Source: a virus. From it: a stretch of DNA of 64,000 nucleotides. Positions 55,267 to 64,000 of this stretch are shown here, piece after piece. The notes beneath the pieces are model-generated. The model was not told the DNA's origin and ran no database searches. It saw only the letters and a program-made list of their open reading frames with translations. The number at the start of each line of letters is the position of its first letter. Within the stretch, counting starts at the first letter, position 1. Location: IMG/VR virus record IMGVR_UViG_3300033149_004566, positions 1 to 64,000 of that record. The stretch is one strand, 5' to 3'. A program made the position numbers and the translations under genes.

Positions 55267-57525
55267 ATGATACCCGTGTCCGTATTGATGGAACCGCCCA
55301 AGGTGGTAAAAGATCCTTTAAAATCATCGTCATTGATAAAGTCATTCGTGATGATGAATAAAATGAAATTTAAGGGTCTGGTTCCAAAAATAATGGACGC
55401 TATCAGGCAATCCAGGCGCGTTGTTCAGATGGAAACCGGTGCACGATATCTCAAGAGATACATCGATAACATGTTATATAATAGCATTGTCGATCCGCAT
55501 TTATTGGATAGGATGAAGTCATTCGTGGAAAACACGTATATTCAACACTCTAGAATGTTGCAAGAAGAATTGTATAAATTGAAGATGGTTCCCACGACAA
55601 TGGCCGTCATGACTCCTACTGATGAGGACAGGGTAGAGGATAGAAAGGATACTATAGAAAAAATGGCAAGCCTGGAAGCCGAACGCTTGAGTGCGAGGAT
55701 TCATGACATAATAGATAGGGCTTATCATAATGCCGAACCGTTATACAAAATAAAAAAAGAACTACAAAAATCCATAAAAGTTAGCAAGAAAGAATCCGCT
55801 AGAATTGCCAGAACCGAGCTCATAAAAACCATGAACTTGGCCAGGTTGGAACGTATGACTTCATCGGGGATCGAATATTATCAGTGGGTTTCGGCTCCTT
55901 CGTTTGATGAGAGATTGTGTCCTTTATGTGGCGAATTAAATGGAAAAGTAATAAAGTTGGGCAGGTCGTTTTCGGATTTAGTGCGAAACGAATCATCCAA
56001 GAAAATAATGGGAACTAGACAGATCTATTATCCTCCGGCACATCCGAATTGCAGGTGCACTATAAGGCCATCTTATGCTCCGGTAATTACCAGGCCGTTA
56101 AAAGAACCGAAATTTATAAAGAAAATATTCGATAAGTTTCCTGGCTTGAGGCCCAAAACCTTGATAACACAAAAGATCGGCCCGACTTCGATAGATATCA
56201 TACAGGCGGAAGAATTAGAGGACTGGCACGAATTGCACGATTTATATTTAAATGAATCGAAAAGATGGGGTGGCGATCTTCGTAAGCGATTGATATATCA
56301 GGCGATGGAAGCAAAAAATAGGGCAATGAAGGAAGACATAGAATTATTCGAGCGCGATAACTTGGAGGAAATGGAAAAGCCGAAATGGACGCATTATCCT
56401 TTAACAAAAGATGAAATTTATTATCATTATGCGCGAAATTGGGATAAATTGTATCCGGAATTGAAGGGCCGAAGAGTGGCGATCCGTAACCGCAGGGGCG
56501 TCATTTTACGTAATTGGGAGCCCGGTGGAAAGCCCATAGAAATAAAAAATAAAAATGATTTAAAAAAAGTAGTCTATAATAAAAATGCGGTTGAATTGAT
56601 TCCGGAGTTGAGCACCAAAAGGATGAAACCATCAAATACAAGAAGGTTTCTCGTGGATTTAGATTCAAATAGACCGATAGACGAGACGGTTGTCAAAAAA
56701 ACAGTTGAAAAAATGAAAACGCTGCCGGTCAATAATGTTCAGGTTATATTTTCCGGGAAGCGTGGATATCACGTTAGAGGTGATACAAAAAAGAGTTACA
56801 CGTGGAAAAAAGCGAGAAAAATGCTTCGTGAGGCGATGAAGCCTCTATCAGAACAATACAATGATATAATTTTTGATTTATCACCCATGAAAAGACGTGG
56901 AGTTAGTGTATCTCCTTATAGTTTGAGATATTTGCCGACAGAAAGACAGGGCGTTGCACATCACGTGCAATTTGAAGAGTGGTATGAAAAGGGTGCGTTA
57001 GGCACGCGGGACATAATTCCGGAAAAATTAAAATTGCCTAGCGGAAGAAATGCTTTCTTCAGGAAAACGTTTCTTGGCATCCAAAAACGAAAGTTGTATA
57101 CCGAACAGGAATATAAATTGCAGGCGGCTTTACCGATCATATCGGCATTGAAACACGATCTCGATTTATCCGATTCGGTACAAAAAGAAGCGAAAAGGAT
57201 ATTTAAAAAGGCTTATAGTAGCGGGATAACACAGGGTAGAAAAACATCGTCCAATGCCGCGGTATCTGTTTACAATGCCATGAGATCGTTGGGAATGAGC
57301 AGGCCGATAAAAGATTTTCTTCCGCATGCAAATGTAAAGACCGGATCTTTTGTCAGGGCGGTTAAAAAATTTCAGGACGCTTTAAACTTGCCAAAATTTA
57401 AAGTCGGAAAGCGCGCCGACGTGGAAGAGGCAAGAAAGTATTATAAAAGCATGAAACGTACCGGTATAAGCAAGCGTAAAGTTGCAAGAATGTTTGGCGT
57501 GTCTCCGTCGAGTATAGGTGATTAG
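55267..57525 (+). CDS. MuF/SPP1 gp7-like head protein carrying LigD-polymerase, TFB-core and HTH domains
   Basis: RIARTE, CPLC..LNG, PPAHPNCRC; TKDEI..Y, VDLD, SGKRGYH, IIFD, SPYSLR; cyclin-fold segment EAKRIFKKAYSSGITQGR..AAVSVY. Confidence 0.85.
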   Translation: MIPVSVLMEPPKVVKDPLKSSSLIKSFVMMNKMKFKGLVPKIMDAIRQSRRVVQMETGARYLKRYIDNMLYNSIVDPHLLDRMKSFVENTYIQHSRMLQEELYKLKMVPTTMAVMTPTDEDRVEDRKDTIEKMASLEAERLSARIHDIIDRAYHNAEPLYKIKKELQKSIKVSKKESARIARTELIKTMNLARLERMTSSGIEYYQWVSAPSFDERLCPLCGELNGKVIKLGRSFSDLVRNESSKKIMGTRQIYYPPAHPNCRCTIRPSYAPVITRPLKEPKFIKKIFDKFPGLRPKTLITQKIGPTSIDIIQAEELEDWHELHDLYLNESKRWGGDLRKRLIYQAMEAKNRAMKEDIELFERDNLEEMEKPKWTHYPLTKDEIYYHYARNWDKLYPELKGRRVAIRNRRGVILRNWEPGGKPIEIKNKNDLKKVVYNKNAVELIPELSTKRMKPSNTRRFLVDLDSNRPIDETVVKKTVEKMKTLPVNNVQVIFSGKRGYHVRGDTKKSYTWKKARKMLREAMKPLSEQYNDIIFDLSPMKRRGVSVSPYSLRYLPTERQGVAHHVQFEEWYEKGALGTRDIIPEKLKLPSGRNAFFRKTFLGIQKRKLYTEQEYKLQAALPIISALKHDLDLSDSVQKEAKRIFKKAYSSGITQGRKTSSNAAVSVYNAMRSLGMSRPIKDFLPHANVKTGSFVRAVKKFQDALNLPKFKVGKRADVEEARKYYKSMKRTGISKRKVARMFGVSPSSIGD

Positions 57526-58093
57526 ATTGCCGATAACAGTAAAAATGAGCTCTTTAAAATTAAAAAGGTTGATTCCACAGGCAATATATCATATAAAAAG
57601 CGAAGCCGCGCAAATATTGATGTTTAGCATAATAGAAGTTTTCATGCAACAGGGACTTCCGGATGAACAATGGAAGCAGTTGTCGGCGATAACTGTCGAG
57701 AAAAAACACTCCAGATCTATTTTGATAGATAAGGGATTTTTGATGAACTCCATTACGGTTGGGCCAATCGATGTTGATAAACCCGTGGAAGTTGGAATAT
57801 TTGAAGGGCCCGCTCTCAGGTATGCTTGGATACATGAGTTTGGTGGCACGATTCCGGTTACTGACAGCATTAGAAAATTTTTTATAGCAAAGACCGCAGA
57901 AGAACGAAGACAACGTCCAGGATTGCCTGAAGATTCTTACACGTGGCATCCTTTGAGAAATGATACTAACGTGATATCAATTCCGGCAAGACCCTTTATG
58001 AGGTGGGGCGCCATCATTGCACGTCCTAAAATTAGTAAAATGGCTGAAAGAGTTTGGTATACGATGATTAATCAGGGATTGATAATTAAATGA
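57518..58093 (+). CDS. Phage virion morphogenesis protein (Mu gpG-like)
   Basis: W..LS..T, ILIDKG.L..SI, YAWIHEFGG, IPARPFM. Confidence 0.85.
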   Translation: MIRLPITVKMSSLKLKRLIPQAIYHIKSEAAQILMFSIIEVFMQQGLPDEQWKQLSAITVEKKHSRSILIDKGFLMNSITVGPIDVDKPVEVGIFEGPALRYAWIHEFGGTIPVTDSIRKFFIAKTAEERRQRPGLPEDSYTWHPLRNDTNVISIPARPFMRWGAIIARPKISKMAERVWYTMINQGLIIK

Positions 58094-58926
58094 AAACATT
58101 ACCCATTTATACGTTGCAAGACACTCTAAATCCTGAAATTTGGATAGGAGATGGTAAAAATGCAAGATTGCGAAAAAAAATTAAAAATGTCATCATGGAT
58201 TCCGTTCGTAAATCTTTGGATAAATACGGTGGTAAGCCAAAGCGTATCATCATCGTTGGCTCCTCTGTTGCTTATAGATGGCGAAAAGACGGTGATATTG
58301 ACGTACACGTTGAGGGAAAATTTCCCATCAATGACTATGAGGTGGACGAATATAAAATACCCGGATCAAAATTGACTATAGAGGTGGTATTAACCAATCA
58401 AAAATTTCCCAGTACAACGCGCGCTGAGGGCGTTTATAACGTGGTGATGGATAAATGGATTAAAACTCCAGAACGATTTCCGGGCAAGGTTTATTGGGAT
58501 CCATTAATAGAGGAAGCGTCTTCATGGGCTAGAAAGGTGGATCTCGATATGGGCGAATTAAAACGCGATCTTCTCGAATATATTTTATATAAAGAGAATG
58601 GCGGCGACGAGTCTGCCCTTGCAAGAAAAGCCGACGAAATAAAATCCGATTTGAATAGCATTGTTGATACTTGGGATGCTCTAAAAAATGAAAGAACGAA
58701 GGCACTTTCCGGCGATTCCGACGACACGAGGTTTTTTAAAAATCCGAGCAAGTCATCCATGTTGCAACCGGAAAATTTGATATTTAAAATACTGCAGAGA
58801 TTTCAGTACAACGATTTGATGAAGCGCGTGAAACAACTCGTCAGGGATCTTCAGGACGAGACGAATTTTGATGTTATTGAGAGGATAATAACGAGATTTT
58901 TGAAGAAGGAAAGGTGGATTAAATGA
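58090..58926 (+). CDS. Pol-beta-superfamily nucleotidyltransferase
   Basis: VGSS..Y.W...GDIDVHV, IEV, GVY.....WIK. Confidence 0.75.
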   Translation: MKTLPIYTLQDTLNPEIWIGDGKNARLRKKIKNVIMDSVRKSLDKYGGKPKRIIIVGSSVAYRWRKDGDIDVHVEGKFPINDYEVDEYKIPGSKLTIEVVLTNQKFPSTTRAEGVYNVVMDKWIKTPERFPGKVYWDPLIEEASSWARKVDLDMGELKRDLLEYILYKENGGDESALARKADEIKSDLNSIVDTWDALKNERTKALSGDSDDTRFFKNPSKSSMLQPENLIFKILQRFQYNDLMKRVKQLVRDLQDETNFDVIERIITRFLKKERWIK

Positions 58927-59402
58927 ATAGGAAAGCCAAACTCATGCTCAAAGGTATGAACGAAAGAAATGCAAAGATTTCCAATGAATTAATGTCAATA
59001 GCCATACCCGGAGAACACGGCACGGGAATACCGGTTCTTCATCCGTATCAAAGATTGAGACATTGGTATTTCAAGAAAAAAATGGAACAGGCCAAAAAAT
59101 TGGCAAAAAAATATAAAGAAGGAACTCCTGAATACAGGGCATACATGGATGCATTTAATGTTGCAGTTGGTAAAACTTTAGCGGCTTATAGAAAGAGCCG
59201 CGATCTGACTTTCCCGATGATGGCCGAGTTTGAAGAATTAAAAGAAAAATTGGAAAGATTTGCGTGTCCTAAAAGTGGTGAACGCAGCGGTTATAACGTT
59301 CATGCTGTTTGTACTGAAAGTGTATGCGGCGACGCAGAAGACGTGGAAAAATGTAGAGAATCTGATAAATATAAGAGATGTACTGAAAAGGTAGGAAAAT
59401 GA
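58923..59402 (+). CDS. Hypothetical protein
   Basis: Coupled ORF. Confidence 0.6.
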   Translation: MNRKAKLMLKGMNERNAKISNELMSIAIPGEHGTGIPVLHPYQRLRHWYFKKKMEQAKKLAKKYKEGTPEYRAYMDAFNVAVGKTLAAYRKSRDLTFPMMAEFEELKEKLERFACPKSGERSGYNVHAVCTESVCGDAEDVEKCRESDKYKRCTEKVGK

Positions 59403-59638
59403 TACGTAAAGCTCGCTCTAAAAGACCGTATAAGCCGTTAGATCTATCAAAACGCTTACAGATAATGTTGATGGCAATGGAAGATTATTCAATATCTTCC
59501 ATATCTAAAGAGTTACGTGTTGCTCGTAATACCGTTAAAAAGTATATTGAGCCAAAAGAGAAGGATAGAACTATGACCGACATTGTAGAAGTGGTCAAGG
59601 TCTTGACAAAAAACAAGAAAAAAACTCCATTAGAATGA
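59399..59638 (+). CDS. Helix-turn-helix protein
   Basis: SISSISKELRVARNTVKKYI. Confidence 0.7.
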   Translation: MIRKARSKRPYKPLDLSKRLQIMLMAMEDYSISSISKELRVARNTVKKYIEPKEKDRTMTDIVEVVKVLTKNKKKTPLE

Positions 59639-59722
59639 CGTACAGGCGATTTTAACCATACTTAAAATGACTTATATGATTAATATTAGAGTTTTACGTT
59701 ATTTTTAGTAATATACACTTGA

Positions 59723-60955
59723 GTGATCTCGATGAAACATGATGAGTTGGAATACTACAATGAGCCAAAAATTACGAGTCTGGAGAGAAAAGGTAACAGT
59801 TTGATATTTGAAACCGTTACTCTCACGGATAAGTACGTGCCTACAAACGTTCTTAAAGAAAATTACAACACAATAGAAAATAAAGAAATGAGATGGCGGC
59901 ATTTACCTCCGGAAGAGAATGCGAGTTCTTTTATAGGGGTGGTAAAAAATGCCAGGCTTGAAGAGATCACTGATAAGTCTGGCGATAAAGTGACGGCGTT
60001 GATTACTAAAAATGAAATCTTTGGTAACACGAAGTCGCAAAAAAAAGCACAATCTCTGATAGAAAAATGTTATGAAAACGGCGAGGGCGTTTGTGGTGTA
60101 AGTGCCGGCTTTGTTAAATTATCTGATGATGATGGTAATGTTGTCGGCATGCATATAAGAGAATTGAGTCTTACACCGAGACCTAAATGTAAGGAATGTG
60201 GTGTGTTGACTCCAGAAGGTGTCGTATTAGAGATGACAGATAAGTTAAAAGAACATTATAAACCAGACATTGGCGACTCGCAAAAACCAAAAGGACACAT
60301 GGAAGGCGGACAAAAAACATCTTCTGCCAAGTCCGACGTTGGAAGCGGAGTCAACGAAGAGTCTGGAAAACAGAAAAATAAAAAGAAAAAATTGAAACCA
60401 TCTTCATATGGCATGGAAGACGATGAAAGTCTTCATGGTGCCATAGGGGTGTACGAAAAGATGAACAAGGTTTTAGAAAATAGGAACATTGAACTCGAAG
60501 TTCTTTCCGAAGAGCTGGTAAGTAGGGTTGAATCTTATGAATCAAAAATAAAGCAATTGGAAGATTTATTGGTTCAGTCTACCGCTTATATTGAAGAGCT
60601 TGAGGATAAGAATGAAAAACTTGCTACGATTCCATTACGTATGAGAATTGCGGAACTAAAAGGCTTGGAAGATCCCGAAGAAATTAAAGAAGTTCTTGAA
60701 CGATATGAAGACAGATCATTCGATTATTTAGTCGATATAGTTGAAGAATTGGAAGATTTGAAATCTGAAGGGCAGGACAAGATTATAGCGGAAGAGTACG
60801 AGGAAAAACAACCCGATAAACAGGTAGCAATTGCCATGGAAGAAGAACAGGTCGTACAATTTGAAGATTTGACGGATCCCAATGACATATTAAAACATGC
60901 CGGTTTTTCGGAATATGAAATACAGCAAATTTCACGGGGAGCATCTGTTAGGTGA
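59723..60955 (+). CDS. Prohead protease-scaffold fusion
   Basis: RWRH, GVSAGF, RELSLT..P followed by an acidic coiled coil; directly upstream of capsid genes. Confidence 0.8.
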   Translation: MISMKHDELEYYNEPKITSLERKGNSLIFETVTLTDKYVPTNVLKENYNTIENKEMRWRHLPPEENASSFIGVVKNARLEEITDKSGDKVTALITKNEIFGNTKSQKKAQSLIEKCYENGEGVCGVSAGFVKLSDDDGNVVGMHIRELSLTPRPKCKECGVLTPEGVVLEMTDKLKEHYKPDIGDSQKPKGHMEGGQKTSSAKSDVGSGVNEESGKQKNKKKKLKPSSYGMEDDESLHGAIGVYEKMNKVLENRNIELEVLSEELVSRVESYESKIKQLEDLLVQSTAYIEELEDKNEKLATIPLRMRIAELKGLEDPEEIKEVLERYEDRSFDYLVDIVEELEDLKSEGQDKIIAEEYEEKQPDKQVAIAMEEEQVVQFEDLTDPNDILKHAGFSEYEIQQISRGASVR

Positions 60956-60960
60956 TTTAA

Positions 60961-61389
60961 ATGACAAATGTAAATTACATATTGAAACGAGATTTTCCGA
61001 TCACGTTTGAAGCCACCGCAACAGAAGATTTGGGTATGGATAGTACCGGCAAAACATGGCCGGAAGCACCGGATACGACTGTTGGGTTATTGCTTCAATT
61101 TACAGGCGACGATCAGGTGGGATTGTGCGATCCGTCCAGTGGAACGTACTTTGCTGGAGTTAGTGAAATTCCAGTTTATTCCGGGCAAAAAGCCACGGTT
61201 AGAACATCAGGAATCATTTTGGTTGTTGCTGGCGAAACAATAGTCGCGGGACAACACGTGAAAGTTGACGAATCCACGTCTCAACGAGTTGCAGTAGCAG
61301 GCGCAACGGAAGCCACCAAGATTATTGGTAGAGCAATAACTGGCGGAAACGACGGAGACACGATAAAAATCTTATTGAGAGGTTATTAA
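60961..61389 (+). CDS. Head decoration/cement protein (DUF2190-like)
   Basis: FAGVS, VRTSG..VVAGETIVAG..V, IIGRAITGG..GDTIKILL. Confidence 0.75.
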   Translation: MTNVNYILKRDFPITFEATATEDLGMDSTGKTWPEAPDTTVGLLLQFTGDDQVGLCDPSSGTYFAGVSEIPVYSGQKATVRTSGIILVVAGETIVAGQHVKVDESTSQRVAVAGATEATKIIGRAITGGNDGDTIKILLRGY

Positions 61390-61390
61390 C

Positions 61391-62329
61391 ATGAGTGTTA
61401 CACATTTAGCTAATACAGCATTACATCCGAGAGTTATTCTTGCAATCGCTGTAAAGCGAGCGCAGGGTGCGATGATCAGTACCGATTTCTTACCGGAACG
61501 TCCAGTAAATAATAAGGTATTTGAATATCGCGAGTACGGTCAAACAGATCGTGAAATCGGAACGTTGGCTCCGGAAGTAAATGAAGGCGATACTACACCA
61601 TTGGACAAACTTGGATACGAGATGCGAGTTAAACGAGCAAAGGAAATACGTTTGGGAACTCTAATTACAGAACAAGCACAAAAGTTCTTGTTTAGAGATG
61701 TGGTTAAAGACCACGTAACATATATTACGGATCGAATTGCTCTTAAACAGGAATCTATGGCATTCGACGAATTATTTGAGGTAAGTTCTGTAACCGGTGC
61801 TTTAAAAACGACTAAAGATCTGACAACGTCATGGGACGAAACCGATGCCGAAATCCTTAACGATTTAGCCGATGCTAAGAAACGGTTTAGGGATATTGCT
61901 CACGTCATTCCGGATTCTTTGGTTGTTGGTAGCGATGGTGAGAATGCTTTACTAAAGTCAGTTGAAATGAAATTATGGAGATATTCCGGGCCTTTCACTC
62001 AAACACCGATCATTGAAGGAACGATTGGTCGTCTTAGGGGATTGGACGTGTGGGTTACGGATGCGGTTAAATTAAAAGATAATACAGATCCTACGGCTGG
62101 ATTAATTCCGATTGTTCAGGATCGCGTTTTGGTCACGCGAAGAGGGCCAGATCTGGGTTTTACTGCTATTGCCGAACCTTTTAATTCGCGACGAATTCCC
62201 AAGCCAGGTCGTCGATCCATCATGCTTCAAATGTTTAAGACATTTTTACCGGTGATCATACGACCCAGGCGCATCTACATAATTAACAATATCAGTTCGT
62301 CTTTATCAACTGATACTGCTTTATCGTAA
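61391..62329 (+). CDS. Major capsid protein (HK97 fold)
   Basis: Position; APEVNEG, ILNDLADAK, PDSLVVG, IGRLRGLDV, PVIIRP. Confidence 0.85.
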   Translation: MSVTHLANTALHPRVILAIAVKRAQGAMISTDFLPERPVNNKVFEYREYGQTDREIGTLAPEVNEGDTTPLDKLGYEMRVKRAKEIRLGTLITEQAQKFLFRDVVKDHVTYITDRIALKQESMAFDELFEVSSVTGALKTTKDLTTSWDETDAEILNDLADAKKRFRDIAHVIPDSLVVGSDGENALLKSVEMKLWRYSGPFTQTPIIEGTIGRLRGLDVWVTDAVKLKDNTDPTAGLIPIVQDRVLVTRRGPDLGFTAIAEPFNSRRIPKPGRRSIMLQMFKTFLPVIIRPRRIYIINNISSSLSTDTALS

Positions 62330-62373
62330 AATGCCACCAGGCATTTATTTTTTTATATTAAGGAGGCTGTTAT

Positions 62374-63552
62374 ATGAAAAGAATACTTTTTTGTTCCGAT
62401 AGTCCACTTGTAAATAGTGGGTTCGGACACCAATTACACGGTATATTGACGGGATTGAAACAATTATATCCCGGAGCATACGATTTACATTGTATCGGAT
62501 GGCAATACGTTGGCAGGCGATTGAATGTTGACGGATATACATTGTGGTCTAGAAGTGCCATGGGGTTTGGTGTTGACGTTACATCCGATTACTTGAATAT
62601 ATTAAAACCGGATATTTTATTTACTTTGGGCGATTTATGGATGATTGAATGGTTGACAAACGTAGATAGAGATTGTCCTTGGGTCGCTTATTATCCGCTT
62701 GATGGCACGCCGTTGCCGAAAAGATGGGTTGAAATAATTAAAAAAATGGATTATCCGGTAGTTTTTTCAAAATTTGCTTTAAATTTATGTAGAAAAGCCG
62801 GATTACGGCCTTATTACATACCGCATCATGTCGATACAAGCGTTTTCTTTCGCTTACCAGATGAGACAAGATCCAAGTTAAAGGAAAAGTACGGCATTCC
62901 GCCGGATAAAAAGGTAATATTGACGGTTGCACGTCCCAATCCGAGAAAAAAATTGCATCTCGCGTGTAGAGCTCTGGACTTGTTGTATAAAAAAAGACAG
63001 GATTGGGTTTGGTATTATCACGGTGATATGGCTCACGATAAGATGTTGAGCAAGGGAACGTTCAAGGACGAATTGGAATATTCTTTATTCTATAAAAATG
63101 GCGCGTTTAAGAGATCTCATTTTAATTATTTCATGGGCGTGTCGGACGCGCATTTGAACGAAATATATAACATGGCTGACGTTTATTTCATGCCAACTGG
63201 CGGCGAAGGATTTGGATTAACAGTTTTAGAGGCTGGAATGACCGGGTTACCATCCGTTTTAACCGATTATACAACGTCAAGAGAGTTAATTGAGGGCAGA
63301 GGAGAATTGATAAATGTTAGATCTTATTCGCCCGATGGAAACTCCGAAGGCGTGTTAAAGGCCAATATAGATATTTACGATGCGGTAGAAAAACTCGACA
63401 CGATGCTGTCGAATGATGATTTGAGAAAAGAATACGGTTATAAATGTCAGGAAGAATTCATCAAGTATGAAAAAATGCTGATAATGCCGATGTGGCACGA
63501 ATTATTTTCAAAAATAAATTACAATTTGGTGGCTCCGGAATGGCAAGAATAA
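62374..63552 (+). CDS. GT-B (family 4) glycosyltransferase
   Basis: SGFG, ARPNPRK, EGFGLTVLEA. Confidence 0.9.
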   Translation: MKRILFCSDSPLVNSGFGHQLHGILTGLKQLYPGAYDLHCIGWQYVGRRLNVDGYTLWSRSAMGFGVDVTSDYLNILKPDILFTLGDLWMIEWLTNVDRDCPWVAYYPLDGTPLPKRWVEIIKKMDYPVVFSKFALNLCRKAGLRPYYIPHHVDTSVFFRLPDETRSKLKEKYGIPPDKKVILTVARPNPRKKLHLACRALDLLYKKRQDWVWYYHGDMAHDKMLSKGTFKDELEYSLFYKNGAFKRSHFNYFMGVSDAHLNEIYNMADVYFMPTGGEGFGLTVLEAGMTGLPSVLTDYTTSRELIEGRGELINVRSYSPDGNSEGVLKANIDIYDAVEKLDTMLSNDDLRKEYGYKCQEEFIKYEKMLIMPMWHELFSKINYNLVAPEWQE

Positions 63553-64000
63553 ATCTGACATATATGGGACAGGTGGACGATCCATCCGGATATGGTAATG
63601 TTGCAAGAAATTACGTGGAAGAGCTTGCAAGAAGAAAAAATATAATTGATTTGAAAGTAATTCCTATCAATTTCATGCCTAGGTTAAAATGGTCTGAAGA
63701 ACATCGGGATTTATTATTTAAAGATGGCGATAAAAAAGATATTGTAATACATCATATGACTCCTGACAATTGGAAAAGTGCGCCGGGAAGAATAAACATA
63801 GGATATGCTGCGTGGGAAACTAATATGATTCCGAGATATTGGTTGCCGCACTGCATGATGATGGACGAAATATGGACACCGAGCGAATATTCCAGGCAAG
63901 CTTTTATTAATTCTGGCATACCTCCAAAAAAAGTGATAGTGATTCCGCACGGGGTTGACGTCGATAAATTTTCTCCAAATGATATTGCCAAGCTTCAGAT
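63540..64000 (+). CDS. GT-B glycosyltransferase (partial, runs off window)
   Basis: SGYGNVARNY, IGYAAWET, DEIWTPS, IPHGVD. Confidence 0.85.
   Translation, partial: MARINLTYMGQVDDPSGYGNVARNYVEELARRKNIIDLKVIPINFMPRLKWSEEHRDLLFKDGDKKDIVIHHMTPDNWKSAPGRINIGYAAWETNMIPRYWLPHCMMMDEIWTPSEYSRQAFINSGIPPKKVIVIPHGVDVDKFSPNDIAKLQ

Larger units (their letters stand above)
1..64000. mobile_element. Archaeal tailed virus (Caudoviricetes) genome segment
   Basis: Terminase, portal, MuF, prohead protease, HK97-type capsid, PolB, primase and helicase; dense overlapping ORFs; archaeal BRE-TATA promoters and GGTGA-type SD sites; no run of host housekeeping genes. Confidence 0.93.

Noticed and set aside
1-64000. 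Apparent abundance of ACGT/CACGTG and CCGG words, possibly linked to the C5 methyltransferase
   Set aside because: Impression only; needs k-mer statistics that could not be computed.

Overview
The whole 64-kb window is part of a large tailed (Caudoviricetes-type) virus of an anaerobic archaeon. The host assignment rests on archaeal BRE-TATA promoters, TFS/TFB/Elf1 modules, an archaeal primase, an XPF-like nuclease, NrdD and a corrinoid protein; Elf1 suggests a TACK/Asgard host (inference). Genes run on the minus strand from 1 to ~42.3 kb: small accessory genes, replication/recombination genes, a glycan and methyltransferase cluster, and paralog arrays. They run on the plus strand from ~42.7 kb: small terminase candidate, basic core-like proteins, large terminase, portal, MuF, protease/scaffold, capsid and glycosyltransferases. 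The two arms meet at a back-to-back archaeal promoter pair. Main unexpected signals: (1) four intergenic copies of a ~56-nt minimal HDV/CPEB3-like double-pseudoknot RNA with compensatory changes in P1, P2 and P3 but a non-canonical C1-G pair and an inverted P1.1 pair, within a 4-kb tract where most gene junctions carry structured RNA; (2) a split LigD in the head module, with the phosphoesterase fused to a TFS zinc ribbon and the polymerase carried in MuF ahead of a TFB core, plus an Elf1-glycosyltransferase fusion; (3) 11-bp-period repeats shared between the helicase/nrdD spacer and the leader of an RHH gene; (4) a WbdD-like methyltransferase-kinase and a corrinoid protein as auxiliary genes. 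All calls come from motif recognition by eye; no searches were run.
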